64,000 nucleotides of DNA from Bacillales bacterium (lineage in GTDB: Bacteria > Bacillota > Bacilli > Paenibacillales > CANHCR01). A program made the translations under genes and the position numbers. Location of the stretch: the NCBI GenBank assembly GCA_947459205.1, contig CANHCR010000009.1, positions 798-64,797 on the forward strand. Direction: 5' to 3'. Every line of letters starts with the position of its first letter. Position 1 is the stretch's first letter. Shown here one piece after another: positions 1 through 9,892 of the stretch. The notes under the pieces are model-generated. The model worked only from the letters and a program-made list of their open reading frames with translations, was not told the origin of the DNA and ran no database searches.

Positions 1-1
1 G

Positions 2-376
2 GCGGGGAAGCGCGAAAATGGAGCGTATGAGCGGCGGATGCTAGCGTTGTCGAACCGGTTGTCTGAGCGATTGGCGAATCGGTCGTTAGCGTCGATGAGA
101 CGCGTTACGGAAACTGAGGTTCGTGACTTGGTGTTGAATTTGCCGGCGAAAGGGATGGTCGGGGGGAACGATGCGACGTCGCTTGCATGGCCGGATTTTT
201 TCCTGCAACGTTTGAATAAAGCACATGGTGCGGCGGATTTTGTCGGCGGTAAGGGGTTGATGCGCTTCGAGTATTGGTTCGGCGAGACGCGAGAATCGTA
301 TGCGGTGGTGTTGCCGTCGCTTGGACAAATCTACATCGTGAAGGGCAAACGTACCCAACTGATTTTAGGCAAATAA
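2..376 (+). CDS. hypothetical protein, 5'-truncated by the window edge
   Basis: The reading frame is open from nt 2 to TAA at 374-376. Track ORF 38..376 is its Met-initiated part. A clean intrinsic terminator follows. No motif recognised. Confidence 0.5.
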   Translation, partial: AGKRENGAYERRMLALSNRLSERLANRSLASMRRVTETEVRDLVLNLPAKGMVGGNDATSLAWPDFFLQRLNKAHGAADFVGGKGLMRFEYWFGETRESYAVVLPSLGQIYIVKGKRTQLILGK

Positions 377-391
377 CGGATTGTTATCATG

Positions 392-420
392 AAAACCAGC
401 GAATGTTGCTGGTTTTTTGC
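392..420 (+). terminator. rho-independent terminator
   Basis: Stem aaaaccagc (392-400), loop gaatgtt, stem gctggtttt (408-416), running into a T-tract, directly after the stop at 376. Confidence 0.7.
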
Positions 421-444
421 ATGAGGGGCTGTGCATGGTAATAT
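417..444 (+). promoter_or_regulatory. putative sigma-A type promoter with extended -10
   Basis: TTGCAT (417-422), 16-nt spacer, TGgTAATAT (436-444). It lies upstream of the 522 start and would exclude the track start at 447. Confidence 0.5.
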
Positions 445-479
445 AGATGGAGCGTGTGCTGGAGCCTGAGCAGGAGCTT

Positions 480-511
480 GTACTGAAACATGTACTGAAA
501 CATGTACTGAG
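480..511 (+). repeat. 12-nt tandem repeat (gtactgaaacat, 2.7 copies) in the 5' leader
   Basis: gtactgaaacat at 480-491 and 492-503, then gtactgag at 504-511, read directly. It sits between the putative promoter and the RBS GAGGAG (509-514). Confidence 0.85.
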
Positions 512-521
512 GAGTTTACGA

Positions 522-2306
522 ATGAGACGATGGTTTGCAGTGATCAAAATCGCACTATGGATTTTCGTGCCAGTGACGCTCGTCACGAGTTTGCTGCCGT
601 TGCAACCGGCGAGCGGGCTATCGGTCAGCAGCGATTCGGCGCTCATTTATTTTGATACGACGGAAGCGTTTAACGGCGCGGGGAGTGTGCGCTTGCCGGT
701 GTTGCCACAAAAAATCGATAAGCAGATGTACATACCGGCGGTGGCGCTGCGCCAATTGTTCGGCTGGCGGGTGGAGGTGCTGAAAAATAATGAGCGCTTC
801 TTGGTGGCCTCGCCCGATCGGGTGATTATTTTCGACATAAAAAGAGGCTACTACTTGCTCGACGGGTTGGAGTCGCCGGTCGGCTGGCATGCGCGCTTCA
901 AGGATGGTACGTTATTTCTACGCGTCAAAGGGCTCGCGACGCTGTATGATTTGAATGTCAATCTCGATACGGCGCTGAAGCAGGTGTATTTGACGTATGT
1001 GCCGCCGGTTGTAGAAGATGTGCAGATGCCAGTTGCGCGTTTTTATACGCCGAAAAGTGAATATCGGATTGGTGAGCGCGTTCGTTACTTCGATGTCAGT
1101 TATTCGCCGACGGATGAGCATTTGGCGGATGCGGAGTGGACGGGCAAGCGCGATGTATTTTTCGAACCGGGCGAGAAAGTGGTGAAGCTGCGCGTGACGG
1201 ACAAGGCGGGTCGAGCGAGTCGCTGGTTCACGAAGGTGATTCGTGTCGTGCCGGAAGTATATCATAATGCGCTACAGTATCATGTGTTCAGTGAGGATGT
1301 GGGGCGCTCGATGGCGTTTCCGTCGGAGGAGTTGCGCCAACAGGTGGTGCGTTTGCCGAAGATGGAGGGGCTTACCGGTTCATCGTATGAGCGGAAGTTG
1401 TTGGTTAGCAATTCGCCGGAGACGGTGAAGGAGTTTGGCGTGCTTTATTCGGATAAGTTGGCAGGTAATGTACGGCTGTATGCGAGTCATGTGAATGGTA
1501 CGAATGAGCGGATGATTTTTGCTCTGATGGTGACGAATCCGGCGCCGTATGAGGTGAATGTGACGATGAGCCGGCGCGGCGAGATTGTGCCGACGCGGTT
1601 TGCCCAGTTGAACGGGCGTCAGGGGGCGCTCGAATATTTGATGGATCAGCAACCGCCGAAGCCGTTTTTGGTGCCGGCGCGCGGGACGACGCTGCTAGCG
1701 AAGTTGCCGACGTTACAGACGCAGCAGGGCGTTCATGTGATTTATGATTTTGACCCGCAAGAGTCGGTGGCGCTCCGCTATTCGGTGATTGCCGTGCCGG
1801 AGACGACGAACTTGCGTGAATTGATGGCGGAGAATTTGGCGTCGCTGGATCAGCTTCCGTTTCACAATCATGTGCGCGGGACGTTTGCGACGGCGGAGAA
1901 AGTGTTGCAGATTGAAGGGGAGCGGCTGGTCGGACCGCGGGTGCTGCAGGTGGCGGATGGCAAGCGCGATGAGGCGATTCGCGGCTATGATGTGACGCGC
2001 GGAGTCGAGGTGTTGAATCAGGGCAGTTACGGCGTTGTGTACAAGGTGCGGGTGCAGGCGCCGCCAGCGATGACGCTGATGATGCGTGCGAGTGGCGGTT
2101 CGTACAAGGGTCATTTTAAAATAAACGATGAGATTGTGCTTGTGCCGGGTTCGGGGACGCTGCAGCCGCAGGACGGTTTGTTCGTGCTTGCGCGTACGAC
2201 GGGGGAGGAAGAGATGCTCGACATCGAGTTCTCGCCGCCGGCGGGGTCGTCGTTGCCGATTGATCTGTTGTTTATGCCGCACGCTGATGGCGCGGGGCTG
2301 TACTGA
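522..2306 (+). CDS. secreted or membrane-anchored protein with copper-amine-oxidase N-terminal-like (stalk) and Ig/PKD-like regions
   Basis: ATG 522 sits 7 nt after GAGGAG and opens with a hydrophobic signal/anchor (MRRWFAVIKIALWIFVPVTLV). Track ORF 447..2306 is in the same frame. Segment YIPAVALRQLFGWRVEV..FLRVKGLATLY resembles the stalk domain, and RVTDKAGRASRW is PKD-like. Confidence 0.75.
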   Translation: MRRWFAVIKIALWIFVPVTLVTSLLPLQPASGLSVSSDSALIYFDTTEAFNGAGSVRLPVLPQKIDKQMYIPAVALRQLFGWRVEVLKNNERFLVASPDRVIIFDIKRGYYLLDGLESPVGWHARFKDGTLFLRVKGLATLYDLNVNLDTALKQVYLTYVPPVVEDVQMPVARFYTPKSEYRIGERVRYFDVSYSPTDEHLADAEWTGKRDVFFEPGEKVVKLRVTDKAGRASRWFTKVIRVVPEVYHNALQYHVFSEDVGRSMAFPSEELRQQVVRLPKMEGLTGSSYERKLLVSNSPETVKEFGVLYSDKLAGNVRLYASHVNGTNERMIFALMVTNPAPYEVNVTMSRRGEIVPTRFAQLNGRQGALEYLMDQQPPKPFLVPARGTTLLAKLPTLQTQQGVHVIYDFDPQESVALRYSVIAVPETTNLRELMAENLASLDQLPFHNHVRGTFATAEKVLQIEGERLVGPRVLQVADGKRDEAIRGYDVTRGVEVLNQGSYGVVYKVRVQAPPAMTLMMRASGGSYKGHFKINDEIVLVPGSGTLQPQDGLFVLARTTGEEEMLDIEFSPPAGSSLPIDLLFMPHADGAGLY

Positions 2307-2441
2307 ATATTTTGAAAAAGCGTACTTTGCAGTGGCGACGAATTGTCGTGCTGGGGTGCGTTTTTTTGTTGAGCTCAAAAATAAAAATTAGAGGTATATT
2401 AATACGTAAGAAAAATACAACACTATATTGGAGGAATCACT

Positions 2442-3002
2442 ATGGAACGAAAAACGACGAAATTGAAAACTAACAAGCTTCATCAAGGACACTACAAAAG
2501 TGAGTGTCAACTGCTAGGATTGCCATTATATGCTCTGACTTCTAAGCCAGGGAACAAAGTGACAATTACTACTGGTGAAGAAAAAGGTGAATGGTTAGTT
2601 GCGACACAAAATGAGGAATACACATTGTACGCCAAATATCGAACGAAGCAGGCTGGCTCAGAAATAGCTGGTGAGATTCGTTGGGATTTTCAATTTTTGA
2701 CTACAGATGAGCAAAGGTTGAAAAAGTTAATGGAAGAAGCAAAAGAAAGCGGTCGTAAGTTCCGCTTGGCGTTAGTATGCGGTGTGAAATCTAGTTTGAA
2801 AAATGCACTTGGTGCAGAATTGGTCGTGTTGGATGAAAATTTGGTGAATGAGTGCATAGGTTGGAACAAGAAAATGGAACGCGGCGAGAGTCGTCGCATC
2901 TCGGTGAGATATGAAAAACACCTTGGTTTGCATGTATATGGTACTGGTTTGACTGATTTGCAGGCTGTAAAAGTGCCTCGCAATGGGATTGAGTTGCTGT
3001 AG
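2442..3002 (+). CDS. hypothetical protein (AT-rich orphan between GC-rich genes)
   Basis: 186-aa ORF with RBS GGAGG 8 nt upstream. Composition is clearly lower in GC than both flanks. No motif recognised. Confidence 0.6.
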   Translation: MERKTTKLKTNKLHQGHYKSECQLLGLPLYALTSKPGNKVTITTGEEKGEWLVATQNEEYTLYAKYRTKQAGSEIAGEIRWDFQFLTTDEQRLKKLMEEAKESGRKFRLALVCGVKSSLKNALGAELVVLDENLVNECIGWNKKMERGESRRISVRYEKHLGLHVYGTGLTDLQAVKVPRNGIELL

Positions 3003-3016
3003 TATGGAACGCCCGT

Positions 3017-4393
3017 TCAGGTTCCTTCTGGAACTTGATCGGGCTTTTTTTCGATGGACATCGATTGTTTTTGCCAGACGCGCGAGCGCCAACGCATGAG
3101 CATCAGCAGTCCACGCAGCCATTCGTCGATGACGAATGCCAGGTAGATGCCGATAAGGCCCCAACCCATGGTAATGCCGAACAGGTAGGCGAGCGGCACG
3201 CTGATGCCCCACATCGAGAGGACGCCCATCACGACAGGGAATTTGGCGTCGCCGGTAGCACGTAGTGCGTTGATGATGACGAGGTTGAAGGTGCGGCCAG
3301 GTTCAAGGATGATGGTGATCAGCAGCAAGGTGGCACCTGCAGCGATGATGTTGCGGTCGTCGGTGAACAGGTCGTAGAGCGGTTCGCGCAGCAAGATGAA
3401 AAGCACGACCATCAGCGCTGTGATGACCAGACTCCACTTTAGACTGTCGAACATGCGGTGGTACGCTTCCTCTTTTTGACCTGCGCCAATCATTTGTCCG
3501 ATGACAATTTCTGTGCCTTGGCCGACCGCGATCGCAAACAACATGATGAACAACAACAACTGAAACGTGTAAATGTGCGTGGTGATGGCGGCCGTGCCGA
3601 GGAGGGCGATGAAGCCGAGAATCACCATTTGGCTCGTTTGCCAAGAGAGATGTTCGCCCGCGGCGGGGATGCCAATGCGCACGATACTGCGGATATTGTT
3701 CAGGCGCAGAAGCCAGTAATCGGCGGTGCGGATGCGGACGGGCAACCGTTTGTAAAGCATGACGATCATCACCACGAGCCCGATGCAGCGGCTGATGGCA
3801 GTCGAAATGGCAGCACCGGCGACGCCGAGTTCCGGGAAACCAAATGAGCCAAATATGAGCAGGTAGTTGCCAATGACGTTGAGCACGTTGACGCCGAGTG
3901 TGATGAACATTACGTCGCGCGTGAACCCATACGAGCGGATGGGTGCGGCGGCAGTGAGTAGGAGCGCCTCGATAAACAGTGCGCCACCGACGATGTTGAG
4001 ATACAGTTCGCCGTATGCGAGCAGCGATTCATCGAGCCGGAACAGCGAGAGGATGTAGGTGTCAAAAAAAATCAGGCTAAGGCTGACCAACAGTCCGAAG
4101 CCGAGGTTGAGTGTCAACGAGGTAGCCGCGACTTGACTCGCTTTGGCGTCCCGCTTGCCGCCCACGCATTGTGCGACCACCACCGTCGTCCCCATCGAGA
4201 CGAAGCCGAACAAGATGATGCACATGTAAAGAATCTGATTGGCGACACCGACGGCTGCGACCGCTTCGTCCGATACGCGGCTGAGCATGAACACGTCGAT
4301 GCTGCCGGTCGCAATGTGCAGGAACAGTTCGATGAAAATCGGCCAGGTGATGACGAACAGTGCAGCCGTGTGTTTGTTGAGTGGAAGTCGCAT
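3017..4393 (-). CDS. MATE family multidrug/toxin efflux transporter
   Basis: 458 aa, hydrophobic throughout (about 12 TM segments). The N-terminal signature (FIELFLHIATGSIDVFMLSRVSDEAVAAVGVANQI) and internal duplication are typical of MATE/NorM-like pumps. Confidence 0.9.
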   Translation of the reverse strand: MRLPLNKHTAALFVITWPIFIELFLHIATGSIDVFMLSRVSDEAVAAVGVANQILYMCIILFGFVSMGTTVVVAQCVGGKRDAKASQVAATSLTLNLGFGLLVSLSLIFFDTYILSLFRLDESLLAYGELYLNIVGGALFIEALLLTAAAPIRSYGFTRDVMFITLGVNVLNVIGNYLLIFGSFGFPELGVAGAAISTAISRCIGLVVMIVMLYKRLPVRIRTADYWLLRLNNIRSIVRIGIPAAGEHLSWQTSQMVILGFIALLGTAAITTHIYTFQLLLFIMLFAIAVGQGTEIVIGQMIGAGQKEEAYHRMFDSLKWSLVITALMVVLFILLREPLYDLFTDDRNIIAAGATLLLITIILEPGRTFNLVIINALRATGDAKFPVVMGVLSMWGISVPLAYLFGITMGWGLIGIYLAFVIDEWLRGLLMLMRWRSRVWQKQSMSIEKKPDQVPEGT

Positions 4394-4451
4394 CTGTCAG
4401 TCGATCCTTTGTCTTGGAGTATGTAGCGTCACTCCAAGTATACACGAACAA

Positions 4452-4479
4452 TTTGAATCTCAAAAATCGACGGTATAAT
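4452..4479 (+). promoter_or_regulatory. putative promoter for sbcDC
   Basis: TTTGAA (4452-4457), 16 nt, TATAAT (4474-4479), about 45 nt upstream of the sbcD ATG. An 8-bp inverted repeat cttggagt/actccaag lies about 25 nt further upstream. Confidence 0.45.
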
Positions 4480-4521
4480 AAGTTGTGAACAAACATTCGA
4501 AAGTGAAAAGGATGGCGGTAG

Positions 4522-5700
4522 ATGAAAATTTTTCATACGGCAGATTGGCATATCGGCAAAGTGGTCAACGGGATTTCGATGCTGGATGACCAGAAGTTTG
4601 TGCTTGATCAGTTCGTGGCGGATGTGAAGCGGGAGAAGCCGGATGTGGTGATTATTGCTGGCGATTTGTATGATACGGCTGTGCCGAGTGCGGCGGCGGT
4701 GGAGTTGCTCGATAATGTGCTGGTCGATCTCGTGATACGCAACTCAACGCCGGTGATCGCGATTGCCGGCAATCATGATAGTCCGAAGCGGATTGCGTAT
4801 GCGGCAGATATTGTAAAGGCGGCGGGTTTGCATATTGTCGGACCGCTGAGTGCGGAGATGAAGCCGGTAGTGCTGAACGATGAGCATGTCGAGGTGCATT
4901 TTCATTTGGTGCCGTACGCGGATCCTGTGGCGGTGCGCGAGTTGTTCGATGCGCCGGAGGTGAAGACGCATGATGAGGCGATGCAGGTGATTGTCGAGCG
5001 TTTGCGGGCGACGATGAAGCCTGGCGTGCGCCATGTGCTGATTGGGCATGCGTTTGTCACGCCGGACGGTAAGGCTGCGGACAATACGAGTGATTCGGAG
5101 AAGAAATTGTCGGTCGTTGGCGGTGCGGAGCATGTGAATGCGAGTCACTTTGCTGGTTTCGATTATGTCGCGCTTGGTCATTTGCATCGTGCACATGATG
5201 TCGGAAAAGCGCGCGAAGTGGGACAAGCACACGTTCGTTATTCGGGCTCGATTTTGAAATATTCGCTGTCTGAGGCGAATCACAAGAAGGGTTATTCGGT
5301 GGTTGAACTGCAGGCGGGTGGGTCGGTGCAGATTTCTGATGTGCCGCTGGTGCCGGTGCGCGATGTGAAGGTTGTGGAGGGAACGATTGCCGAGATTGAG
5401 CGGATGACGAAGTCGGACGATTATGTGTTTGTGACGCTATTGGACGAGGAGTATGTCGTTAATTTTGTCGAGCGGGTGCACAGTGTGTTTCCGAATGCGA
5501 TGAATGTCGAGCGCAAAAAGGCGCGCGAGCAGTTTTTGCTGACGCAGCACTCGAGTGGGCAGCGGACGAAGATGTCGACGATCGAGCTGTTCCATAGTTT
5601 TTTCGAGGAGATTATGGAGCAGAAGCCGAGCGATAAGATGGTGGAGATTTTTGAAGATGTGCTGCGTTCGCTGGAGCGTAAAGGGAGGGAAGACGAGTGA
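4522..5700 (+). CDS. sbcD: exonuclease SbcD (Mre11-like nuclease subunit)
   Basis: MKIFHTADWHIGK start, GDLYD, GNHD and GH..H phosphoesterase motifs. Overlaps sbcC by 4 nt. Confidence 0.95.
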   Translation: MKIFHTADWHIGKVVNGISMLDDQKFVLDQFVADVKREKPDVVIIAGDLYDTAVPSAAAVELLDNVLVDLVIRNSTPVIAIAGNHDSPKRIAYAADIVKAAGLHIVGPLSAEMKPVVLNDEHVEVHFHLVPYADPVAVRELFDAPEVKTHDEAMQVIVERLRATMKPGVRHVLIGHAFVTPDGKAADNTSDSEKKLSVVGGAEHVNASHFAGFDYVALGHLHRAHDVGKAREVGQAHVRYSGSILKYSLSEANHKKGYSVVELQAGGSVQISDVPLVPVRDVKVVEGTIAEIERMTKSDDYVFVTLLDEEYVVNFVERVHSVFPNAMNVERKKAREQFLLTQHSSGQRTKMSTIELFHSFFEEIMEQKPSDKMVEIFEDVLRSLERKGREDE

Positions 5701-8700
5701 AACCGATTCGTTTGACGATTGAGGCGTTTTTGGTGTTTAAGGATAAACAGGTGATTGATTTTACGAAATTGGACGATCACAATCTGTTCCTCATTCACGG
5801 CAAGACGGGTGCGGGCAAGACGACGATTCTCGATGCGATTTGTTTTGCGCTTTACAACAAGGCGAGCAATGATAAGCGACATGTAATCAATGGCTTCCGT
5901 TCGCCGCGGGCGAAGGATGATGTGCCGACGAGTGTGGAGTTGATTTTCGAACTGGGCGGGCAGACGTATCGCGTGTTCCGTCAGGCGCCGCATGTGCGTC
6001 AGGGGAATAAGAACGCGACGGGAGACCGCATGGAGTTCGGGCGGATGGTGGACGGCGTGTTTGAATCGCTCGCTGACCGAGCGAGGGCGACGGAGCAGAC
6101 GCGATTGGTTGAGGAAATGATTGGGCTGTCGTACAGCCAATTTTGCAAAATTGTGATGTTGCCGCAAGGCGAGTTTGCGGAGCTACTTGTGTCGAGTTCA
6201 GGTGAAAAGGAAGCGATTTTGCGCAAAATTTTCGACACGCATGAACTGAATTTGATATTGAAGGAACTGCAGGCGCGGCAAAAAAGCGAGGAAGCGAATT
6301 ACAAGATGACGCAGGGGTTGCTGAATGATCAGTTGAACAATGTGAAGCTGAACCTGAGTGACCGCGAAGGGTCGGCGCTGCAAACGCTGTTTCAGGCGGA
6401 AGCGGTCAATGTGCCGCAGGTGCTGGCGGCGCTCGAGGAGGAAGGGCAGTTTTTGCAAACGGAGGCGTCGGCGAAAAGTGCGGAGGCTGTGCAGGCGGAT
6501 GAGGCGCTCCAACAAGCGACGTTGGCGCTCAATCAAGCGGACGAGTTGGCGAACAGTTTTGCGAGGTTGGATGTGTTGCGGGAGCGGCTTGCGGAGTTGG
6601 CTGAGCAGGCGGAGGCGTTCGCCAAGCGTAAGGAGCGTTTGCAACTGGCGGACCGCGCGCAGGGGTGTCAGTCGGCGGAGGCGTTGTACGAGCAGGCGGC
6701 GACGGATGCGGCGGTGAAGGAGAAGTTGGTTGAGGAGCGTCGCGAGGCGTTGGCGGCGGCGAAGCAGGCGTCGCTGGATGCAAACGAGGCGTATAAAAAA
6801 GAAGAGGCGAAAGCGAGTCAGCGTCAAACGTGCGTGTCTGAGTTGGACCGGTTAGAGCGTTTACGTCCGGAAGTGGAGCGATTTGCAGAGGCGGAGCGGA
6901 CGCTGGAAGGATGGCAGAAGGATTTGCAAGCGACCATCCATCAACTTGCTCGAGCGGTTCAGACAGCGACGGAGCAAGAAACGGCTTGTGCACGGGTGCG
7001 GGCAGATGTGCTTGCTAAAGAGAAGGATGCCGATCAGTTGGGCGAGGTGATGAGTCGAGCGGCTGCGTTGCGTTCGGTGTGCACACTGTTGGCGAATACG
7101 ATTTCCGCTCAGGAAAAGGTGAGCGGGCATGATGCCGAGGTTGGACGTTTGCAGGCGAGGTATGACAAGTTGGCGGAAGCATGCAGCGAGCTCGAAGGGC
7201 GCTGGATTGCAGAGTATGCAGGGATGTTGGCGCAACATTTGCATGACGGCGATGCTTGCCCGGTTTGTGGCAACGCGCAACATCCGCAGAAAGCGCAGTT
7301 GTCTCCAGGCGCTCCATCTAGAGAAGAGGTCGATGCGAAGGCTTCCGAAAAAGCGGAGGCGCATGGCTTGTTGGTCGCTGAACGACGATTGCTGGAGGAT
7401 GCGCAAACATCTTTGACCGCGCTGATCGACGAGGTCGTTCAAGGTGGTTATGATGCGACGAATTTGGCTGAGGCGTTGCAAGAGATGACGCAAACACGAG
7501 CGGAGTGGGAAGCGAAAGAGAAGGTTTGCCGCGATGCTGCCGAGCAGTTGCAAACGCTCCGACAATCGTTGGTTGAGCACGAGCAGAAAAGCAAGGATTG
7601 CGAAAAGGCTGTTCGTGATCTGGAGAATGCGGCGGCTGATTGGCGAGTGAAAGTTGCCGGTGCGCAGAATACGGTCGATGAATTGAGCAAGCAGCTCAGC
7701 GAAGATTTGCGCACATTGGCGCAGCTGGAAGGGCGTATCGCTGAAGTAGAAGAGGAGAAGCGTGCGCTCGAGCAAGCGTGGAAAGCGGCACAAACGTTGC
7801 AACAAACGGCACAAGTGGCGCTCGCACAGGCAGAGACTGGTTATACAGAAGCGCAGACTCAGTTGAGCGAGGCACAAACGCGCAAAACAGAAACAGGGTC
7901 GGTGTTTGAAGCGGAGTTTCGTGCCGCCGGGTTCGAGACTGTGGCTGCCTACGGCGCTGCAAAATTGGACAAGGCTACGATGGACACCGAGCGCAAAGCA
8001 GTACAAGATTATGAAGGCGAATGTTCGAGCACGCAGGCTGTATTCGACTCGCTGAACGACTCGTTGGCGGAGAAACAGCGACCGGACGTCGAGGCTTTGG
8101 CTACCGAGGTGAAAGCGAAGAAAACGCTGGCCGATGAGATTGCCGAGCAAGTGGCTGCAATCCGTGACCGCATCAGCAAAGTGATAACGGCACAAACGGA
8201 GATTGCCAACAAACATCGTGCGGCAGAAGAGGCGGCGAGCAAGTACGGCGTCGTGTTCGAATTGTCCGAAGCGTTGAGCGGGAAGAACGAAGACAAAGTT
8301 GCGTTTGAGCGCTACTTGCAGATGGAATATTTGGACCGCATCGTGCATGCGGCAAACGATCGACTGCAGACGTTGTCGAACGGTCACTTTTTCCTCGTGC
8401 GCAGCGGCAAACGGGCGAGAGGCAATGCCAAAAGCGGTCTTGATTTCGATGTCTACGACACGTACACGGAGGAATATCGCCCCGTGCAGACGCTGTCCGG
8501 CGGTGAAAAATTCAATGCTTCGCTATGCCTTGCACTTGGGATGGCGGACATCATCCAGTCCCATGGCGGCGGCGTGTCAATCGACACGATGTTCATCGAC
8601 GAAGGGTTCGGTTCACTAGATGCTGACTCGGTGAACAAAGCGTATGAGACGCTGTACACTTTGCAAGAATCGGGACGCATGCTCGCAGTCATCTCTCACT

Positions 8701-8789
8701 TGAAAGAGATGCATGATTTGATCCCAGCCAAAATGAAGGTTCGCAAACGTTCCGACGGAACGAGCGAAGTGACAATCGATATTGAGTAG
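5697..8789 (+). CDS. sbcC: exonuclease SbcC (Rad50-like ATPase subunit)
   Basis: Walker A GKTGAGKTT, long coiled-coil, CxxC zinc hook (DACPVCG), signature LSGGE and Walker B MFIDEGFG at the C-terminus. Confidence 0.95.
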   Translation: MKPIRLTIEAFLVFKDKQVIDFTKLDDHNLFLIHGKTGAGKTTILDAICFALYNKASNDKRHVINGFRSPRAKDDVPTSVELIFELGGQTYRVFRQAPHVRQGNKNATGDRMEFGRMVDGVFESLADRARATEQTRLVEEMIGLSYSQFCKIVMLPQGEFAELLVSSSGEKEAILRKIFDTHELNLILKELQARQKSEEANYKMTQGLLNDQLNNVKLNLSDREGSALQTLFQAEAVNVPQVLAALEEEGQFLQTEASAKSAEAVQADEALQQATLALNQADELANSFARLDVLRERLAELAEQAEAFAKRKERLQLADRAQGCQSAEALYEQAATDAAVKEKLVEERREALAAAKQASLDANEAYKKEEAKASQRQTCVSELDRLERLRPEVERFAEAERTLEGWQKDLQATIHQLARAVQTATEQETACARVRADVLAKEKDADQLGEVMSRAAALRSVCTLLANTISAQEKVSGHDAEVGRLQARYDKLAEACSELEGRWIAEYAGMLAQHLHDGDACPVCGNAQHPQKAQLSPGAPSREEVDAKASEKAEAHGLLVAERRLLEDAQTSLTALIDEVVQGGYDATNLAEALQEMTQTRAEWEAKEKVCRDAAEQLQTLRQSLVEHEQKSKDCEKAVRDLENAAADWRVKVAGAQNTVDELSKQLSEDLRTLAQLEGRIAEVEEEKRALEQAWKAAQTLQQTAQVALAQAETGYTEAQTQLSEAQTRKTETGSVFEAEFRAAGFETVAAYGAAKLDKATMDTERKAVQDYEGECSSTQAVFDSLNDSLAEKQRPDVEALATEVKAKKTLADEIAEQVAAIRDRISKVITAQTEIANKHRAAEEAASKYGVVFELSEALSGKNEDKVAFERYLQMEYLDRIVHAANDRLQTLSNGHFFLVRSGKRARGNAKSGLDFDVYDTYTEEYRPVQTLSGGEKFNASLCLALGMADIIQSHGGGVSIDTMFIDEGFGSLDADSVNKAYETLYTLQESGRMLAVISHLKEMHDLIPAKMKVRKRSDGTSEVTIDIE

Positions 8790-8831
8790 TTTTTTGTTGT
8801 ATAATATCGATTGATGAGGAGGGAACACAAA

Positions 8832-9272
8832 ATGCTTAGTAAAATTGAAACGAATTCATTTGTGGGCGAGTTTGCGTTTTCGCTTGTCAACGAGCTCACC
8901 ACGCTGCATCCGATTCGGCCGAAGACGACCAAAACGAAATATAGTATCCAGCCGGTTGGTCTTGCTACATTCGGAGACAAAACAAAAAAAGTCGGCTATT
9001 TTTTGCCCGAACATGGCAGGTTGAGGATGGACATGGATTTTCCGTGCGGACGTTTTTCGCCAATTGAATTTTGCGCGCAATTCAACATTCCGTATCGCGG
9101 GGTATGCATGCCGCGAACAAAAACCGATTTTTCGAAGAGCGGCATCTATTACCGTTGTGACAGCACAAAATTCCACACATTCGTCTTTGTTTTCTACGAA
9201 GCAGATTTGCGCGGTGAAACGGGGAGCAGGATTCGAGAAATGCTTAGCACGATTTTGCGCGAAAGCGTATAG
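8832..9272 (+). CDS. hypothetical protein
   Basis: ATG 8832 lies 9 nt after AGGAGGG (8817-8823), within track ORF 8811..9272. No motif recognised. Confidence 0.55.
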   Translation: MLSKIETNSFVGEFAFSLVNELTTLHPIRPKTTKTKYSIQPVGLATFGDKTKKVGYFLPEHGRLRMDMDFPCGRFSPIEFCAQFNIPYRGVCMPRTKTDFSKSGIYYRCDSTKFHTFVFVFYEADLRGETGSRIREMLSTILRESV

Positions 9273-9292
9273 TGTAATCAGGTCATTGAGAA

Positions 9293-9330
9293 GTCCGATA
9301 TGCCATTTTGATGGTGTGTCGGATTTTTTG
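9293..9330 (+). terminator. putative rho-independent terminator
   Basis: Imperfect stem tccgatatgccat / atggtgtgtcgga (with G-U pairs) followed by tttttt. Confidence 0.55.
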
Positions 9331-9465
9331 TGCGTAACAGATTTTTGCCGGTGTGGGTACATTCGGAGGGCGGGCACGTGTATTTGGTGTTTCATCAGTG
9401 AAACTAAAAAACATAAGGTATATTATGTTTGGTCGTTAATATTAGAAAGTGAGGAGTGTTGCATT

Positions 9466-9879
9466 TTGACAGAGAGCGGATTGGATGACTGGGTTATCGA
9501 GTATGTTTTCCATAGTGATGAGCAGTTGCAGGTCATGTATGGCAAGTTTCGCAAAATCATAGACAATGAGGTGGATATCGATCAGGCTGATGAGTCTGAG
9601 TTCGTCAGCGATGATGAGATTGACCAGCACATCGCGCAATTGGTCGAAGCCGGCGCCAGCATCAAGTTGGACATCGGCTATGAGCAGATTGAGGCACTGT
9701 TGGAAAATCGAATCCAGATGGGTGAACATTTTGAAAATGATTCCCTGGAAGTCGGTGCATTCTTCAGCAAACTCGATGCGATGGTTGCTGCAGGGGCGAT
9801 TCGACCAGAGATTCACAATCTCTTCAATCGCAAGCAAGCGTTGACAAACAAGTATTTGACCATTTGGAATTTATATTAA
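9466..9879 (+). CDS. hypothetical acidic protein
   Basis: TTG 9466 lies 9 nt after GAGGAG (9451-9456). The long N-terminal extension of track ORF 9064..9879 crosses the terminator and overlaps the upstream gene. Product is Asp/Glu-rich with no recognised motif. Confidence 0.55.
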   Translation: MTESGLDDWVIEYVFHSDEQLQVMYGKFRKIIDNEVDIDQADESEFVSDDEIDQHIAQLVEAGASIKLDIGYEQIEALLENRIQMGEHFENDSLEVGAFFSKLDAMVAAGAIRPEIHNLFNRKQALTNKYLTIWNLY

Positions 9880-9892
9880 TGGAGAGGGAGTT

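Noticed and set aside
2318-2368. Possible terminator after the 522..2306 gene (T-tract at 2361-2367).
   Set aside because: Only a 4-5 bp stem (gcgac/gtcgt region) could be drawn by eye, too weak to call without folding energy calculations.
6861-8387. 508-aa minus-strand ORF, plus other long antisense ORFs at 1713..2378, 5421..6167, 6198..6827 and 6529..6993.
   Set aside because: They lie entirely antisense to strongly supported genes (sbcC, sbcD, the 522..2306 gene). Their Arg/Leu/Pro/Ser-rich, low-complexity sequences are typical of open antisense frames in GC-rich coding DNA.
9064-9465. N-terminal 134 codons of track ORF 9064..9879.
   Set aside because: This part overlaps the 8832..9272 gene, crosses a terminator-like hairpin, and is Cys/Arg-rich with poor coding character. 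A TTG start with a good RBS at 9466 explains the conserved-looking acidic part.
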